From Tubiluchus corallicola (Eukaryota; Animalia; Priapulida): a stretch of 64,000 nucleotides of DNA. Of the stretch, positions 13,372-24,368 are shown in pieces. Below the pieces are notes generated by a model. It ran no database searches. It was not told where the DNA came from and worked only from the letters and a program-made list of their open reading frames with translations. How positions within the stretch are numbered: position 1 is the stretch's first letter; the number at the start of each line of letters is the position of its first letter. A program made the position numbers and the translations under genes. The DNA lies in NCBI GenBank assembly GCA_030141605.1, contig JAQGDQ010000625.1, positions 60,780 to 124,779 of the forward strand, read 5' to 3'.

Positions 13372-16300
13372 ATGGCAGCTTCCAGTGAGTTTTGTTTTGA
13401 CTGTGCTGCGTTTTAGACTTAAAAGCAATATTTGTTGTAATAATCACAAGTTGTCTTTAAATTACTTTGTCTGAAAAAAGTTGTGCCATTTTCAATAAAA
13501 TTTTATTATAAAATTGCTAAGTTTTTGGCAAGTTGGTTGTAAAATATAATATTGTACAAAAATAATTATTTTCACCAATGTTTTTTCTTACAATCAGTAT
13601 CGTCTATGTGGTGCACTAAGGCGTCAGTGCATATCACATGTAGTTGCTTACTGTGGCCGAAATAAAGTGTATCATCAGGCTTAGAGCCCTGGCCTGTATA
13701 AGCATTCTGTAATTTCTCAACCGGATGAAGAATAGCAATGATGAGCCACATATTCAGGATAAAAATGAATATGCTTGACGTATTAATGTGCAGTCTTAAA
13801 AATGAAAATTATAAATATTTTGATATAATACTTATTATAATCTTAAAGCATTTCTGCGTGTGTTTATTGTAGCATTTCGTCTGGCTTTGATTCAAATGGC
13901 TGTCGGTGCAAATAAGGCAGAGAATGTCAAGCGAGCCGTTGAATTTGTTCAAGAAGCTGCAAAGCAGAAAGCACAGATGGTTGTCTTGCCAGTAAGTAAG
14001 CTAAGTTCTTCATGCTTGTGACTTGCTCTTGTGTATCAAGTAGTACAGTACTTTTAATACGTTGGTAATAAAGAATTTTAAGCATATTTGGTTTTCATTT
14101 TGATAAGATATTTCAAACAATGTTCACATATTAGACATTCATTATTGGTCATTAAGTGAGCAGTAGAAAGCTTTCAAATGCAAAAGAAAATTCCAATTTT
14201 TCAAGCAAATAGTATTAATTAGTGCTTTCTAACTGAACGAGTGAAACTTTTTAAAACTGTATGTTTAGCAAATAATAAAATTTCAGGTTTTACTACTAAT
14301 TACATTTTTTGAACCATTACAAATTTATGAACTTAGACAGACTTGGAGAGCTTTATTTATAATGTTTCAGCATACCATAGTATCAGTGAGTAACTTTTTA
14401 GCTTGTCTGATGTTAATTCTAGGAAACATTTAACTGTCCTTATGGTGTACAGTACTTCAAACAATATTCGGAAAAGATTCCAGGCAAAACAAGCGACGAT
14501 CTTTCGCAAGTGGCAAGCAACAGTAAAATTTTCCTGTTAGGAGGTAGCAAATGCATAATGAAATCTTCCACCGTACACTTTTGATTCATGAGACATTAAT
14601 TTCTCATACTGTCTGCCGATACACTTTTTATAGCTAAAATATAAAAAAAAACTGTGTCCGTAGCGTCAAAAAATGCTTTTCTTGGTGTGCATCTTCTTCT
14701 TCTTTTATACATGTTAATTATAGCAAACTTAGCAGTATAAAATAGATTATACTATAAATTTGGCTTGTACAGCTTCTATTTGTACTTCTAATGTCTCATG
14801 TTTAAAAGTGTCTGGTGAGCTTCATATTTTAAGCCCAAGTCTGTAACTCACAATGGGGAGCATCACTTTTTTTTAGAGACTAGACTACCAGAAAAAATCA
14901 CCTTAAGGCTGAGGCCTCGCAGGTTTTTAGTGACAGCCCGACAAATTTTTTACACACATGGGATTACCTCATACAGTTACAAAGTACAATAGCATTTATT
15001 GCTGCCAGGGTGCTAGTTTTGTTGCCAATTTTCCCGATTTGATTGATCATTTTATTCACCTTACAAAACAACCAAATTTATCGGAAAAATCGATAGCACT
15101 AGTGAGGACCATTGAGGTGCCCAGGATGTCCGGTTTCATGACTACAAGGAAATTGTGGGTTTTGATGAAACTTCTTAGTTGCAGATTTGGACTTTAAAAT
15201 TAGTGAATAGACTGCAAATAGTGCAATTACAAGTTTCATTGTTGTGCCTGATCAACTTGCTGGCCATTGAGAAGTTTCACTTTCATATTCATTAATTTTG
15301 TTACAATGAGTATTTGCAGGTAAAAACAGTCAACCGATCTATTAAGAGGGGTTCTTAAGCTTTGTAATGATCACATTTTTGCATCAAGATCATTTTTGAG
15401 TTTTATGCATTTTGAGCAATACAAGTGTGTAATTGCACTACTTACAGTTGTACTCGACTGCCATCTAGGGGTGAGTTAGAAAAACAATGCAAGTGTGTAA
15501 TTGCACAACTTGCAGTCGTACTCGACTGCCATCTAGGGGTGAGTTAAAAAAGAATGCAAGTATGTAATTGTACTACTTGCAGTCGTGCTCGACTGCCATC
15601 TAGGGGCGAGTTATCAAAACAATGCAAGTGTGTAATTGCACTACTTGCAGTCGTACTCGACTGCCATCTAGGGGCGAGTTAGAAAAACAATGCAAGTGTG
15701 TAATTGCACTACTTGCAGTCGCGTGCACTGATACATCCACTATTTCATGTTTTGGACCCATCTTATTCAGCTGCCACTTGTTTTAGTCCCTTCGGTATCT
15801 TACTTCTAATGCTTCGTCATTTGGCTAATAGAGAGTAAGCAAAGTTTTTGAAATTCGAACCTTGGCCTTTGCTTATTCGATGTTTGTGTTACAGGAGTGC
15901 TTCAATGGCCCTCTTGGCACGCAACATTTCCTTAACTATGCCGAGACATTTCCCGGTCAAACCACGACCGCCCTTTCGGTGGCTGCAAAAGAGAACAATG
16001 TTTACTTAGTGGGAGGTACTTCTCATTTTTCGCATCTCTTGGTTTAATATTGTAGTTGCGTTACATCGACAATGTTTGATGCATTTAGAAATAATCTATT
16101 AATAATTATAATAATAATAATAATAATATTTATTTAAAGTCAGCTTTTGGGTCAACAATTAACATTAGCTCAAAGAGCTATTATCGCCGACTGTAAATAA
16201 CAACCTACAACTACATAACAGAGACTGTATTACCCCATTTTTACCCTAAATACCACGCGTCAGGCAGGGCAACAGCAGGTACCATTTTTAAAGTCTTTGG

Positions 16301-17796
16301 TATGACCCGGCCGCTGGTTCGAACTCACGACCTCCCAGACGGAAAGCAGACACATTACCACTAGACTAGACCATCTGGTTAAAAACATTAACAGTTAAAA
16401 CATTTTGTAAATGCTCTGTGAGAATAAATAATAAGAAACATTTTGTAAATGCTCTGTGAGAATAAATAATTGTACAGGATTTGCTTAAAGATAAGGACAA
16501 GTCACCTAGCATGTTGGGTTCATTCTACACTTTGTAATTGCCGTGAGTTTAGTATGCTGCCCAGAAGATGGCGCTAGGATATAATTTTTCTAAATTTTAA
16601 CTGTGTGCACACAAATTTTAAAAATCTGCCTATAGAGCACAGAATTATATAAGCTTAAGCTTATCACACTTTTATTACTAAATCTATATACCATTTTTTG
16701 AAAGATTGAAATAAACCTGACTTTCCAGAAGGTGGGCCTTTCCTTTAAAATTAATCCTTTCAGTCCCAAATTATTTTTTTAATAATAAAAATTTTTTTGG
16801 CTTGGTGCTTTTGTTCAGTATGTCCATCTTGTTTACACATAATAATTATTTTTTTCTACCTGTGCCCGCGTGCTAAATATAACCTGTATCCCACGGGATA
16901 CATTGGGATTCAATGGAAGCATAAAATGTGCTTCATTTTGCAACTGCTGATAATTTTTTAAAGTATTTAAGACATTTAGTATGCACGCTATGCTGATCTG
17001 TACAAAGTCGTCTCTAAAGTACTGCACCTTGCACAGTTTTTAATTTATGTAGATTTTCTAGTTTGCCATTTTATCACCATTTTTAGTCTATTGTTATTGG
17101 CTTAAATCAAAATAACTATTAACAGGTCAAATAACTGTCAGTTTTAAAATTTTATTAATTTTAAAGGCAGAAAATATTCTCGTATCCCACGGGATACAAC
17201 AGGTATGAAAGGGTTAAGATTCTATAATAATTGTTTGTAATAACTAAAATTTTTCTGTCCTTTGACTTCATAATTCGTTTTCATAATAATGCGTAATGAC
17301 TGAGAATTACTAAACCTCACGAACGTTAATGGGTATCAATCGGTGTGCGATATGGCAATTCTTGGTTACATTTTAGTAGAAATGGTTTTATTTGCATTCT
17401 TGTAATAATTTATGTTAGGTTAGCTATATGATTGTGATCATGAATCCTCGTTAAAGATAAATCAGTTACTGTTTGCGCTCTTGGGTTTTTGAAATCTGGG
17501 TGTTTTAAAAGTTCATATTAATGTATTTGTCGTTGTAATCAGACCAGATGGTTTAGTCTAGTGGTAATGCGTCTGCTTTCCGTCTGGGAGGTCGTGAGTT
17601 CGAACCAGCGGCCGGGTCATACCAAAGACTTTAACAATGGTACCTGCTGTTGCCCTGCCTGACGCATGGTATTTAGGGTAAAAGTGGGGTAATAATAGTC
17701 TCTGTTATGTAGTTGTAGGTTGTTATTTACAGACGGCGATAATAACTCTTTGAGCTAATGTTAATTGTTGATGCAAAAGTCGACTTTAAATAAATA

Positions 17797-17844
<48 letters not shown>

Positions 17845-20800
17845 TGAACTTCTTGTGTTTTTGTACAATTATAGTTAAATACATGTAGACTGTTGTAGCC
17901 ACCGAATTATTTGAGTGTTTTAAACCAGGTTATTGGTAATTATAGTTTACCTAAAATCGTCAACGTCTGTGTAACGAGGCAACTTGGTTTTTTTGCAGGT
18001 TCAATACCTGAAGAAGATGGTGGAAAATATTACAACACCTGCGCTGTTTTTAATCCTAGCGGTAAAATGGTGGCAAAGCATCGAAAGGTTTGTATTTCCT
18101 TGAGGCAAGTTTCACGGCTGAGTGAACAGGCATGCGTGTGGCTGTGACACCTCTGCTGGTTCAGTGATTCATCTTAGACCTAGTGGCATATTCTTGGTAT
18201 TGAGCATGCTCTGGTCGCGCTGCAAACATCTTAATGAGTGGGCGCTGCCTTTGAGCGCAAGATTCTGGTGCGCAATGAGCCGAAGAAAAAATGGCGACGA
18301 ATAAAAAACCCATAAATGTCTACTAATTCGTAATTTAAATGATCGAAGAAACAAAGATGAGAAAATACAAGTTTTAAAAACCATCGTGCCTGAAAATAAG
18401 GTGTCCGGGGGATGATATTCAACGTTCTCTGCTATTTTAGAGCTCGTAGTAGAACAAGGTCATCTGAGGTTATTTAAGTCGAAGTTGGAGGCCATTTGAA
18501 GTTTGTAGCAACTGTTTTTAGCTGCCAAAAAGGCAAACCAAACTGCATGTGCTAAATTTAGTTATTTTTATGTAAGGTAGACATTGAAATTTATGGCTTT
18601 TTTCAGTAGCACATGACGATTATTATTCCTTACCTTGTGAACATTATATAGTTATAGAAATTGTACATGGCATAAAATAGTTGTATTTTACTTTACAAAA
18701 TTTAAACAAAAAAACCGGTTAATTTATGACAGATTTGTGGCAATTTATACTTTATCATGAACAGAGATTTGGAATAGTTTAATTTAACGATATGTTATTT
18801 ATATTCTGCAGTGCATGAATATTTTTTGTCCAGAAACTATATGCAGTATGCTAAGCAAATCAGTGGAGTATGGTACGGATCCATGTAACATGGTACGCCA
18901 CGGCCTTTATTTTAATTTCAGGCGCACCTGTTTGACATTGATGTGCCTGGAGGAATTCGCTTCCAGGAATCAGAAGTATTGACAAGAGGAGACAGTCTGA
19001 CTGTGTTTGATACCCGTACGTAACAATATTCCTTATTGGATATTTAGGTAAAAACACTGAGAACTTGTTAATTACTTGGCCGTATTAAAAATTATTTTAT
19101 CTGACTAGTTTGCTGATGTCAAAACAAATATTATTTCTATTTACTGTAAGAATTTGATGTTGCTTTTTTGTTTATTCTTTTAGCATTTTGTAAGGTTGGT
19201 GTCGGAATATGTTACGATATTCGGTTTAGTGATATGGCTCAGATATACGCTGATAACGGTACGTTTATTTCTTATTGACATACTAATAATAATTTAAGTC
19301 AGGGGTGTGCAAATTGCAGCCCGCAGGCCACTTGCGGCCCGCCGGGAGATCTTGTGCGGCCCGCGAAGATGTTTGTCAACATAATGAAAGTGCGGCCCGG
19401 GCGATCCAGCTGAAGTCCGTGCCACGATCCCAAAGCTAGTACGGGTAGTTTTTTCTACTAGATCGGATGCCATTAACCCTTACAAGACAGTTGTAGCTTA
19501 ATGTCACTGTACTACACAGACTGTGTGATACACATTACTAATATGCATTGTAATGAAATTACCAATATCTGTCCTGAAAGTAGAAATATATAGTTTGTAA
19601 TATAAATTTTAATAACTTCTAAAATGTTTCTTGAGTGTAGTAGTAGTGATGTACGCAGGTCGGATGCAAAAAAAATCGTTATTAGGCCTTTCTGTACTTC
19701 GTTCCTTGATCAAACTGCCTGTGGCTCACAGGAATTGCGGGAAAGTTTAATGTGGCCCGGGTAATCAGATAATTTGCACGCCCCTGATTTAGATCGAGGA
19801 TACTGGGTGTTGTAGTACGTATAGCACGAGTAACTATAGTCAGTAAGCTACTTGCTACTTTTGTGCTTGGAATTTTTGTAGGTTTTATTGACTTTGGCAA
19901 TAATAGTTTTACTCTTGTTTTATTTTTCTATGTTTTGTACTCTAAGCAAAACCAATAGCTGAAATTTTGTCAAGGAATATCATCGAGGTAGCTACTAGAC
20001 AGTTGTTCACTCAGGAGTCGGTATGAACGTACGCAGAATTCTACATCTAATTTTTGGTAACAATTCATGTATTTCTGTATCGTTATTTAGGATGTAAATT
20101 ACTTGTCTACCCCGGTGCCTTCAATATGACGACGGGTCCTGTTCACTGGGAGCTACTGAATAGATGTCGAGCGCTAGACAATCAGGTTTATTGTTGCAGT
20201 GTTTCTCCGTCCCGTGATGAATCAGCGACATACGTTGCATGGGGTCATACCATGGCTGTGAATCCATGGGGTAAAGTGTTGTGTGAAGCCCAAGAAAAGG
20301 AAGAGATGCTGTTTGTTGACATAGGTAAGCTGTCATCCGAAATTTTTATCTGTGCAGGGTTCAGCGAGTAACAAATTTATGCTTGTTTATTTGTGCATAA
20401 CTTGTTTATGTGATTCAGTAGATCAGGGGTGTGCAAATTATCTGACTAGCCGGGCCACATTAAACTTTCCCGCAATTCCTGCGGATTCAGTGTAAAGATT
20501 CAGATTCTTTCTAGTTGTTCTTTGCATTAGATTGTTAAACAGCTTTACAATTTTTGCATAACTGTTTTTCACTTAAAAACTACATTGATAACTATATATC
20601 ATTATTAACGTAAAAAGTCATTAAGTACATTTTTTAGTATTACATCACTTTTTTAAACTTCTTTACAGAAATTTTTCCTTCAACTAGGGAATTTAACTGA
20701 TTGCTACATATTTTCTTTTAATACTGTTTTGATTACGAAAGCATTAGCTGCACAATAATTTTTCACAAATTGATTGAATTAGACATATACATTTTATTTT

Positions 20801-21764
20801 TCTCCAAATGTGTCGCAAATTTCCATTTTACGAAAAAAATAACTTTGTCTGTGGAGATGGGGCGAGGAAAGACCATAGGTCATCTAGTCACTCACCCCTT
20901 ATAATTTAATATTGATGGCAGAAAACAGAATTGATGACACAGGATGCAAATAAACTAATCAAAATAAAGCAATAACAAAAGCAAAATTATAAAAACAAAC
21001 ATGACAACAATTGCATAAATGAAAAGAAAGAATAATAATAAATGAAGATGATGAATAAGTATCACAATGATTAGTTACGAATTAAATAAAATGATAATAA
21101 TGTACAGTTGTTTACAAGACAAAACAATGTGAATATGATTATATAACAGAAAAAACGTAAAAGCAAAGCAGAGCAGGTAATTTATGTCACCGTTCAAAAT
21201 TAATCGTTAATTGGGTATAGTGCATACACAAAAAATGTGTTTTAGCAGTTTTTTTTTATAAAATAATTTTTAAAAACAAACAGTGGTATCTGCTTATGCA
21301 CAGGGAACAAGGAATTGAGTAATCAAACAACAGGGAGCGATTTAGTGCGCAAACGATCATTAAAGTTTTCATTTAATTACTCCCTCAAGTTAGTGACAGT
21401 GTTATCGCAGATTAACATTCTGTTGAAAAACACTAAGAAAGTGTGCAATAAAACCAACATTTTTTAAAAAAAACTTTCAGATTTAAAAATTCTTCTTCGG
21501 TGGCTCTTTGGATCATACCTCACCTGGTTTACGTCGCTAACGTAATCTAGATCGTCAAGTCAGACGTTTTTTCATTTTTAAAAAATTATTTGCTTTTACT
21601 ATGGAGTTTTTTAGTAGTAGCTAGACCTAGTGGTTATAGATATATTTTTGTATCTAACATTCTATGTTTCAGATTTAGAGTATCTAAATCAAGTGCGACA
21701 GTCTGTCCCTTTAACGTTACAACGCAGGACAGACTTGTACAATCGGCCAACAGCAAAGAAGTAA
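13372..21764 (+). CDS. NIT2: omega-amidase NIT2 (nitrilase superfamily), 278 aa with either exon 3 copy
   Basis: Exons 13372-13384, 13873-13991 ([11 protein letters not shown]...MVVLP), 14423-14543 or 15895-16015, 17999-18087 ([13 protein letters not shown]...KHRK), 18922-19015 ([17 protein letters not shown]), 19184-19258 (GICYDIRF), 20091-20324 ([14 protein letters not shown]...YVAWGH), 21673-21764 (QRRTDLY...TAA). Glu-Lys-Cys triad motifs present; the 837-nt total is in frame. Confidence 0.96.
14423..14543 (+). CDS. NIT2: NIT2 exon 3 copy A (121 bp, phase 0/1)
   Basis: ttctag|[40 protein letters not shown](G)|gtagca; no stop. Confidence 0.9.
15418..15721. repeat. 68-bp tandem repeat (~4.5 copies) between NIT2 exons 3A and 3B
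   Basis: Unit AATGCAAGTGTGTAATTGCACTACTTGCAGTCGTACTCGACTGCCATCTAGGGGYGAGTTAGAAAAAC starting at 15418, 15486, 15553, 15621, 15689. Confidence 0.93.
15895..16015 (+). CDS. NIT2: NIT2 exon 3 copy B (121 bp, phase 0/1)
   Basis: ttacag|[40 protein letters not shown](G)|gtactt; no stop. Confidence 0.9.
16109..16379 (-). mobile_element. tRNA-derived SINE, family S copy
   Basis: Reverse complement of the 17543 copy: A/B-box head, CATACCAAAGACTTTAAAAATGGTACC core, (ATT)n tail. Confidence 0.9.
16755..17213. mobile_element. piggyBac-type MITE
   Basis: TTAA flanks at 16751-16754 and 17214-17217; ends (T/C)CCTTTCA...TGAAAGGG; internal palindrome GTATCCCACGGGATAC twice; partial second copy at ~42569-42650. 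Confidence 0.8.
17543..17842 (+). mobile_element. tRNA-derived SINE, family S copy (core resembles the Meta/MESC domain, recalled rather than verified)
   Basis: Pol III A box (TAGTCTAGTGG) and B box (GAGTTCGAACC), conserved body, (ATT)n tail; 4 copies in window. Confidence 0.9.
19300..19786 (+). mobile_element. hAT MITE family A copy
   Basis: CAGGGGTGTGCAAATT...AATTTGCACGCCCCTG; flanks ATTTAAGT/ATTTAGAT. Confidence 0.9.
20424..20484 (-). mobile_element. hAT MITE family A terminal fragment
   Basis: 61 bp matching the right end of family A in reverse orientation. Confidence 0.85.
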
Positions 21765-22564
21765 GGAAGTAAGTGTGCGATGAACAACCATGAAACTTAA
21801 TAGTCCTGATTGAAACTTGCAAAATAGTCAATGAAAATGCAACATTTATTCATGATTTATTAAAGTGTCTAGTCGCATTAAGAATAACTTGCAAATTGTT
21901 TAAACAACTTGTGTATTGGCGGGGCATCACAGATCCATATGTGTAAAATCGCTTATTTTTGTCAGATCACGTATCAATAGTTTTGAATGTCTACATATTG
22001 TGTGGTTAATTGCGTTTTGCGACTTAAATCCTCCACATACGAATCCATGAATGACAAAGCATCGACAAATATGGAAGAAGATTTACCCACTCATTACGTA
22101 ATTACATTATGACTGTGATACTGTTAGAGGCATTTGTAAAAAGACCAACATCGATATGAAGACCAAGACCAGTTTCTCCTCTTTAAAAAGAGCTATAAAT
22201 TTCCCTCTAAGAACCCCACCATGCAGTGCTACAATTATGTTTCCACGCACAATATTCAAAGATTACATGACACCTTCGATGCACTTTGTAGCAAACTCCA
22301 GTGCCTGGTTATAGTACACCAGCGTCTTGTCTTGCAGTGTCTCAGCACATTTATCAAATGTGTCGCTTATCAGCTTTGGTCACAGTCATAATCTGATTCA
22401 TCAGTGATATCGTTAGTTACCCAGCTAATTTCAGAAAAATTTGCCCATTCATTTCGTAATTAAGTGCGGATTAAAATTAACTCAATCAAGTTAAGAGCTC
22501 ATGCGGTTTGATGAAGAAATAATGCAGTTTTTTCACACGCTTCCTTGGTTGAAGAAAGCTCATG

Positions 22565-22700
22565 TTCAATTCAATTCAATTCAATTTTATTTTCTTAATA
22601 GCAGTTAAAATTCTTCATAATTATTTTTACATTTCATTGCAGCTGAGAAGGAGCAGCGAAAGACCTATTGGTCACTTGGTCAGCTGCCCCTTATTAAAAA
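22565..22700 (-). mobile_element. L2/CR1-group LINE 3' UTR remnant
   Basis: (TTCAA)n tail plus stem-loop AGCTGACCAAGTGACCAATAGGTCTTTCGCTGC on - strand; related motifs at ~10145-10190, ~20855-20900 and ~41570-41620. Confidence 0.55.
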
Positions 22701-23759
22701 TACAAGTTTACTCACAAGCTCATGACATTTTTCAGGTGTTTTTGTATGTATAAAAGGCAAAAGCAACAAAAATCAACTCAAAGCAGAAATGCAATTCAAA
22801 GCATAACAAGGAATAACATCAAGCAAAAAATTAATGAAATTCAATGTAGAGAAAAAAATAACATCAAAACAAAAGCAACAAAAATCTATTCAAAGCAAAA
22901 ATGCAATTCCACTCAGAATAAAAGGAAGTTTTCACAAGCAACGCGAAACGGAATTTAACTTATAGCAAAAAATTATATCAAACAAAATGAAACTCAAAGC
23001 TCATGTGTTATATTGCATATTGTATTGTTTCATTATGTCTTTATTGTAGTAATTTCAGTACTTTTCTTGCAATATAGGTGCATGTCTTAATCAATGGTGA
23101 TTAAATTATATCTGTGAAATTACATAATATTGCTTGGAAAGTATTGCGTGTTAATTACATTGCTTTTAGTATGTGGAAAAAGTCTGTTTGACCTGACTCA
23201 AGAAGTCGTATATCGTTGTAAAATTTTATGTAGTTTAAAAATGAACATAAGTTAATAAAAAATGAATTTTTTAAGTTTGTTAAAGACTGAGAGTTCTTAA
23301 TAAAGTTTAATTATAATTCTGTTAGGCACAAATGCTTGTTTTTTATCTATGATTCTAAAATATTACGTACTATACATTGTGGCTTTGATAGAGATTTAAT
23401 GAGTATGTTGTTTCTTTATTTTTGCCCTCTTGGATAGTTTCTGTGTACAATAATTTTGAACAAACAGTGAAAGTTTGTCTAGCTGCAGCTAGACTTAAAG
23501 CAGGAAGACTTAGGTTCGAATCCCAACGGAGTGCTAAATTTTTCATACTTCCTAATTTAGCATTCTTTTCATGCACTTGTTGGATTACGTATCTGCAGGT
23601 CGACATAATGATATTTGCTCTCTTCAACTTTAATTTTCGGGGGGTGGCAGGTAAACATGATAGCTATTTTAATCGAGTAAAGTGCCACTTTTTGATGACG
23701 AATAACTTGCTTGCATCGATCAGCGTTTAATGCTCTTCAGAGATATGCTGCACAACTTA

Positions 23760-24368
23760 GGGGAGACCCGGGTGAAGTGGATCACTGGGCAAAGCGGATC
23801 AAACGTGTTTGCTCTTTTTTCCATAAGGCGTCGCTGTCTATGCACTGTTTGATGTTGCGTCATCATCTACTGTGTACTCTCCATAAACGACCTCGACCTT
23901 TGCAAAGTTTGTCTAAGCGCGGTACACAAAAGTAAGTTTTTCACCCACTTTCTTACGATTTTTCACTTTTATAGATAGTGATCATCTATTTATCATGATG
24001 ATAAATTCCACTTACTGCAGATTTATTCGCTACCGTTTTTACATATGATGGATGGTTCATTGATGCTTCATATCAATTTATTTTTGCAAAATAGACAAAA
24101 TCCATTTAAAAGATATTGTTATATGTTGAGCTCAACCGCTCCGGTATGATCCACTATGGCCGTAAAAGATCCACTTTGCTCTAGAAATTTTGGTTTCGTA
24201 TTTCGGAACTATCTGTTAAACAAGTAATAGTAATTATAAGTTTTTACCACATGAATAGAGCAGAGTTTCCTACGGAAGAATAGGGCATGTAATTGATTGT
24301 TACAGATCAAACGTCTTGAACTCTTTGAGCGAAAACCCTTAAGTGATCCACTTTACCCGGGTCTCCCC
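23760..24368. mobile_element. TA-targeting (pogo-like) MITE
   Basis: TA|GGGGAGACCCGGGTGAAGTGGATCACT...AGTGATCCACTTTACCCGGGTCTCCCC|TA. Confidence 0.88.

Noticed and set aside
17543-17615. tRNA gene
   Set aside because: The A/B boxes are the head of a multi-copy SINE with a shared body and (ATT)n tail; no convincing cloverleaf or terminator
22025-22400. Stop-interrupted reading frames faintly resembling GPCR TM6-7 or another pseudogene
   Set aside because: Multiple stops on both strands and no recognisable family motif; would need BLASTx
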